From Candidatus Nomurabacteria bacterium (lineage in GTDB: Bacteria > Patescibacteriota > Minisyncoccia > Phycocordibacterales > UBA918), in the NCBI GenBank assembly GCA_023898585.1, contig CP060229.1, positions 918,587-982,586 of the forward strand: a stretch of DNA of 64,000 nucleotides. Direction: 5' to 3'. The number at the start of each line of letters is the position of its first letter. Position 1 is the first letter of the stretch. Of this stretch, positions 24,001-30,000 are shown one piece after another. The translations under genes were made by a program, and so were the position numbers. The notes beneath the pieces were generated by a model. It had not been told where the DNA came from. It was given only the letters and a program-made list of their open reading frames with translations, and ran no database searches.

Positions 24001-27000
24001 ATGAACTGCCGGTTACTTCGGTGTTACTACTACCACCGTCAACATGTACTCCGGCCCAGGTTGAGTCATTATTAGAAGCGAGGGTGGCAAAAACAGCCGG
24101 AGCTGAACCGAAGGTGGGAGAAAACGAGACTGTTCTACCATTGTTGCTGGTTCCGTAGTTATCTGTGATGATTTCGGTCACCCCTTCTTCAGTACCAGCC
24201 ACAACCTGTAGTCCACTAGCGCCATCATCCAGTGTCCAACTGCCGGCCTCAAAGACTATGTAATCAACTACCGTTGTAACACCTCCGGATATTCCATTAT
24301 AATCATCGACCTTAACCTCGAAAGAATCGGCAGTTTTGTTTCTTACCCTAGCTGTACGTCCAACGTTATATGTTGGAGCAGCGTATTCTGGTGAAGCAAT
24401 AACAACCATATTTTTATACTCTCGTTGTGTCGAAACAGTCACCCAGTTGTTGTCGGTGATAGTTGTTGAGCCATACTCGCCAATCTCGTCGGTAATTTCT
24501 ACTGAATTGGTCGTAGAAGCAACCGTTCCGTCTAGAAAACCTTGATTGAATTGATCGCGAGTAGTTTGGAACCAAGTTGACAAAGTAACAGCTGTATCGA
24601 TCGTAAACGAATCTGGGGTTGACCATGGTGACCAAGCATTACCGCCATAAGGATCACGAGCACGGGTTTTCCACCAATAAGTAACCCCATCGACAAAAGG
24701 TGATCCTCCCGGAGTTGTAAAGTTTATTTGCTCTCCGGTATTAAACGGCGAGGTATCACCACCGGATTCAGCATTGTTAAACTGGGCACTCGTACTAGAA
24801 TTGTAAGTGGTTGAACCGGTTAAGAAATTGATGTCAGTGCTAAAAGAAATCTCATATTCAAGATCGTCACCCTGGGGATCAGTCGATATAAAATCAAAGA
24901 CCGGGGTTGTGGCTGAGGTTTTTTGGTTATCAAACAAGTCGCCTTGAGTTGGTGTTTCGACTCGTAAACCCCAACGAACAACCCAGTCCTGAATCGATAG
25001 AGTCGCTCCGGTTAAAGTAGCCACCAAACGTATTTCGTTGTAGATCGCTGTGTCCAGCTCCAACAAGCTGATAGGACCAGTGGATGTACCGAGACTGTTA
25101 CCGGGGATTATTGAATCAGGCACCAAATTCCAATTTCCGTTATCGTTATACTGTACCTGATACTTAATTTCCCCCGATGTTTCAGTGTCGTTCCAATCAG
25201 CCTCGCCCCAAGCATTACCAATGACCGCATCATCAAAATCGACCGCCGTTCCTATCATCGTTCCTGGACTTGAGGCAACTGAAACAGAACCACCACCGAC
25301 CGACACCCCTGAATTGGTATTGGTATTGAACTGGTCGTCTGTTGTTTGGAACCATTCCGAGACTGTTATTACTGTGTCTGTCGTAAAACTAAATACAGTT
25401 GACCAGTCACTACTGGTGGCTGACCCGTTGGGATCATTAGCTCTCACTCGCCAGTAGTAGGTAGTAGTAGGGGAAAGCTGAGTACTGCCCGTAAACTGGA
25501 TGCGGTCGCCGGAATTAAACGGGGATTTGTCTGATGGTGTAACTGTGTTGGAGAATTGTGTGAAATGTGTGGCAGAATTTCTATCTATGATCACTGAACT
25601 GAAGTCGTAATTATCGTCTATCTGTACCCGGTAGTCTATGTCATCGCCCGCTATATCAATGGCAGAAAATTCCAACACCGGAGTGAGAACGGTAGTGCGC
25701 TCGTTGTCGAAGAAAGAAAATAAGGTTGGCGTATTCGGCGGACCGACTGTTTCGAGTTCAGGGTAAAGTGTATAAGTCTCAAGCTCAGTTCCTTGTACCC
25801 TGGTTATTCGGAAACAGTAGTTTGTGTTCACTGCTACATTCGTGGCTTCGATCACCCAATCATGCTCAACCACTCCACCAACCGGTACATCATTCGGTAA
25901 GAAATCAGACGGACTCCTTTCTTCGTACGTTCCAGCTACGGTTGATGAAGCTAGTTTTAAGGTGGAAAGAGTTGCTCCATCCGAAACTCCTGAGTTATTG
26001 TAACCGGAAAAGACGGCTGTTGAACTACCCTGCTCTCCAAGTGGAAGCCAATCAGTAACCAAACTACACTGTCCGCTGTTACCAACTCCGTACTGTAAAG
26101 CAAATGAATTGGTGTCAACTGAACCGGTGGCGTTACTTGCCTCCAGACTGATGCGCAAACGCAAAATATCTCCATTACCAACCGCACCCGCTCCAGTTAT
26201 AGCTTCGCCTTCCGTCACTCCCTCGGAGCCAATCATCCAGGTGGTGGTTGGTGTTAGTCCACCTCCATTCTGATACCACCAGTAGGATAATTGCTCCCAT
26301 TCCGCATCAATAGCGAGCTCCTGCTCTCCAAACAAGTACGACAAGTTCTCAGCACCAAACTTACGACCTTGTACCGGACCGGATATATTCTTCTCGTCGT
26401 TATCATCACTAACGTCTTCATACATGACATAAAACGGAACCCCATTTGTTGCAACAACTTGGGTACCGGCCGCAAAGTTGGCAGAATCACCGTTGCCGGT
26501 TCCGTTTGTGAAGTAGGCTTTGCCGGGCTTTGTTGAGCCTGGAACACAGTTGGCTGATTCAATCAAACCTCCCACGCTGTCTTGTATTTCAATAGTCGAT
26601 GTCCCGAAACGAGGGGAACAAACAACTGCAATATAAGCACCGGTATTGGTGAGCGCGTACCTGGTTCCAAACTCGTGTTGTGGCCAAAATACTGATGAGT
26701 CGGTTCCATCGGAGTCAGCTTGTTGAATAGCCGAAATTGGACTTGCTTGTGCACTGAATCTAACGGCACTACCGGCCCCTTCAGCTGATGAGCTACAAGA
26801 AGCATCAGCTTCGTGATCACCCCTAGTTATACCGGTCACTGTTCCACCAGCTCCGGTTGAACAACTTGCGGTCGGATCGGAATTACTAGTCAAGGCTGAT
26901 AAGTGCATAAAGTTGGACATAACTCCAAAAAGATCCCTTGTTGTTGGCGGATAAGCCACGAGTCCGTCACCAGGATTCGTACTGCGGTGTACGACCAATA

Positions 27001-30000
27001 TTGGATAGGTCGACTCAATAACAATACCGTCACCATCTACTCCCTGACCAGAGTTTGGCAGGTCGGTATTTGAGGTTGCCACACTGCTGGTCGAAATATT
27101 GTGAGTCTCATCAGCAGAAGCAGATGCTGCTATGTAAGTCCGAACAGTGGTGCTGGCAAAAGGTGAATACATATACCAGCGGTTTGTGTTGCGGTTGGTT
27201 GGAATAGCAAAAGATGTAGAAGCAAAACTAACCGGAGCTATCATGTCGGAACCGTCAGTACCGGAGCCGGTAACTGTGCCTGAAATCGGACCAAGTGCAC
27301 TAACAACTGAAGCTCCAGTAAACGTAACGAAGGTGGTGATTTCACCCTGATTCAAGCTAATGGGTGTACCCCCATCTATTGCCACTTCATTATTGTCCAT
27401 CAAACTTTCCACCGAAACTTGTGTTCCGCCACTATCATCCACAACGTAGTACAAATCAGTGCTGGTGCTGTAGCTGAACGTTGCCAACTCATCACTTGCT
27501 GAACTGGCTCCACTGTTTCCGTAATACATGTAGATCAAGGTCTTTTGACCGGCCGGAACTGAGTCAACCTGTACCCAGATATCGGTTTCTTCATTAACAC
27601 TGTCGAAATGCTGAACCCAGAAATCTAATTCTTTAAACTGAGTAACATTTAACGATTCGACACTTGAAGTTGAGTAGAAACTTTCCGGTGACGCTTGGTT
27701 GTTATACTCGGTAGCTGCCCAACTCGCAGAACGGACAACACTAGCAATCCTCAACTCGTCTAAGAAACCTTCAAAGTTTTCAGTAGCACTAAAACCTCCA
27801 CCGAGCGAATCTTGATCCTGTCCTACTATAAGTCCACCATTTTCTATATTTAGAGGAGCGATTGGCTGTGGATCAGGGTTTTCGGTGTCTCCGACACCAT
27901 TAACGTAAATGTTCATCTCATCTATAGAATCTTCCGATGTAGTGATGTAATGTTGCCAGTTACCATTATTGTAATTGACGACTGTATCAGCAAGACCGAA
28001 AGTTTCACCCGCACCTTGAGAGTAAACGATGAGATTTACATCATTATCAAATCTCTCCCAAAACTCATTAAACTGTGTACTGTTGGCTCCGCTGAGGATT
28101 GTCTGATCACCAGACGAGGAAGAAATGTGCCACCAGGAAACCGAGTTATCACCAAGACCATTCATCACTTGATAAGGCAGGCTTATGTAGTCTGTCTGAC
28201 TATCTCCAAATTCTTGACCAGATCCTAAGCGACCATACTTTCCATTTGAAGTGTTTTCATCGTCTCCGTGGTAATTGTTAGCAGTTGAGTCTTTATATAC
28301 ATTTGGATTACCGGTCCCGACCGCACTTCCTTCCAGGTGATAAACCGCTTGGAAACCATTGGTCCAGACATTTTGTGCACCATAAGTCGCGGTTTTAGCA
28401 TAGGCGGTAGCGTCACTATTATTGAAGTAGATGTAATAGTCTTTGTCTTCAGTCGAAGTTAAGTCGGTCTTGAAATACAATTCCCCTGTCTTCGCACCAG
28501 TGTTTATATTCACCAGCTCAAACGGCAATTCCGTCTTACTATCTGCCATAGTCACTCTGATGTCACGACCATCTGAGGCAACATCAGCAAAGAAAGCGTC
28601 GCCTAAAGTGGACAAATCTACGTAAACAGGGAAATCAGCGATGTCTGAAGAAGCTTGTAGGGTGATCTTTTGACGACTATCCCAACTGGTCGAATACCAG
28701 CCACTCATACTATCGCCTCCGGTTAACCTACTGGTACTGGTTGAGTAGAAAGCAGTTGGGTTCGTTTGGTTTAAATGTTCTGTGGCTATCCAGCCCGAAG
28801 TAAATGGTGCGTCTTCGAAAGCAAATCTGAGCTCATCAATAATTCCTTCGTACGATCCACCGGTGGTATAACGACCAACCTGTAATCCACCAGTATTGGA
28901 CGGATTAGCTACATTCTGTATACCACTTAACTCAGCGACAGCATTGTCGTAAATTCCATGGAAACCACCGATATTGGCGGGAGCAATGGTGGTGAAGTGA
29001 TGCCACACGTTAATGTCACGAGACCAGGTAGTATTTTGATTAAGACCAAAATACAAGTAACCACGACCGGACGCAGCGGCATTCAAGTACCAGGGCATAT
29101 ATGAGGCCCAGTTCGGTGCGTTGTTTGTTCCCCATTGCCAAAGCGCTTCGGCCGAGTTTGCGGTCTGATAGTATAGACCGGTTGAGACCAAATCGTCTCC
29201 CCCAGGCAACGCCCAGTCATCTCCAACATCTCGTAGAATACCTGAGGAACCTCTTAAATCAAGCGCGGTACCCATGGCACCAGTAGTGGTTGCTAAAGAC
29301 GCCACTTCAACTTGGAGTTCCTGACCATTACCAGTTTCATCAGTGATGATGTTATTGATCGCAGTAGGGTCATCTGAGAAGTGATAAACAGCTTCGTAAT
29401 TCGACCAAACAGCCTGAGACCCGTATTGACTTGTCGAAGCATAGGCGGTTGCTGATGGATTATCAAAATAAATATGGAAAACATTGTCGGAAACACTACT
29501 TAGATTTCCAGCGAGAAAATGTAATTCCCCGGTTTCTGCTGTAGCGTCAATCTCCACCAAGTCATGAGGCACTTCTGTTGCACCATCACTTTTTGTGACT
29601 CTGATATCACGACCGTCTGAAGTGACTCCGTTCCAGAAATACGAGCCGAGCGTTGACAGATCAACAAAAACGGGAAAATCGCTGACACCTGAACTAACAC
29701 TAGTTGATGCTATAACGATGGCCAATCTGCCACCCCAGTTAACATTAAAAGCATTTTCAAATTGCGGACCGTTTCCGGGATACAAATTACCAACTGACGT
29801 TTCTTGCACGAACCGAATATCACTTCCGTCTGAGTTAACGTTAGCCCAAAAATCTGATAGAGCGCTGTCGATTTCAAAAAATACTTGTTGTTCAGTCAGA
29901 TCAGTCTTTCCGTTGGTGTTATCAACTAATATAGGTATTCGATACTGCCACTGTGAAGACCAGAATGGATCAAGAAGTCCGTATTCACTATCTCCAATAG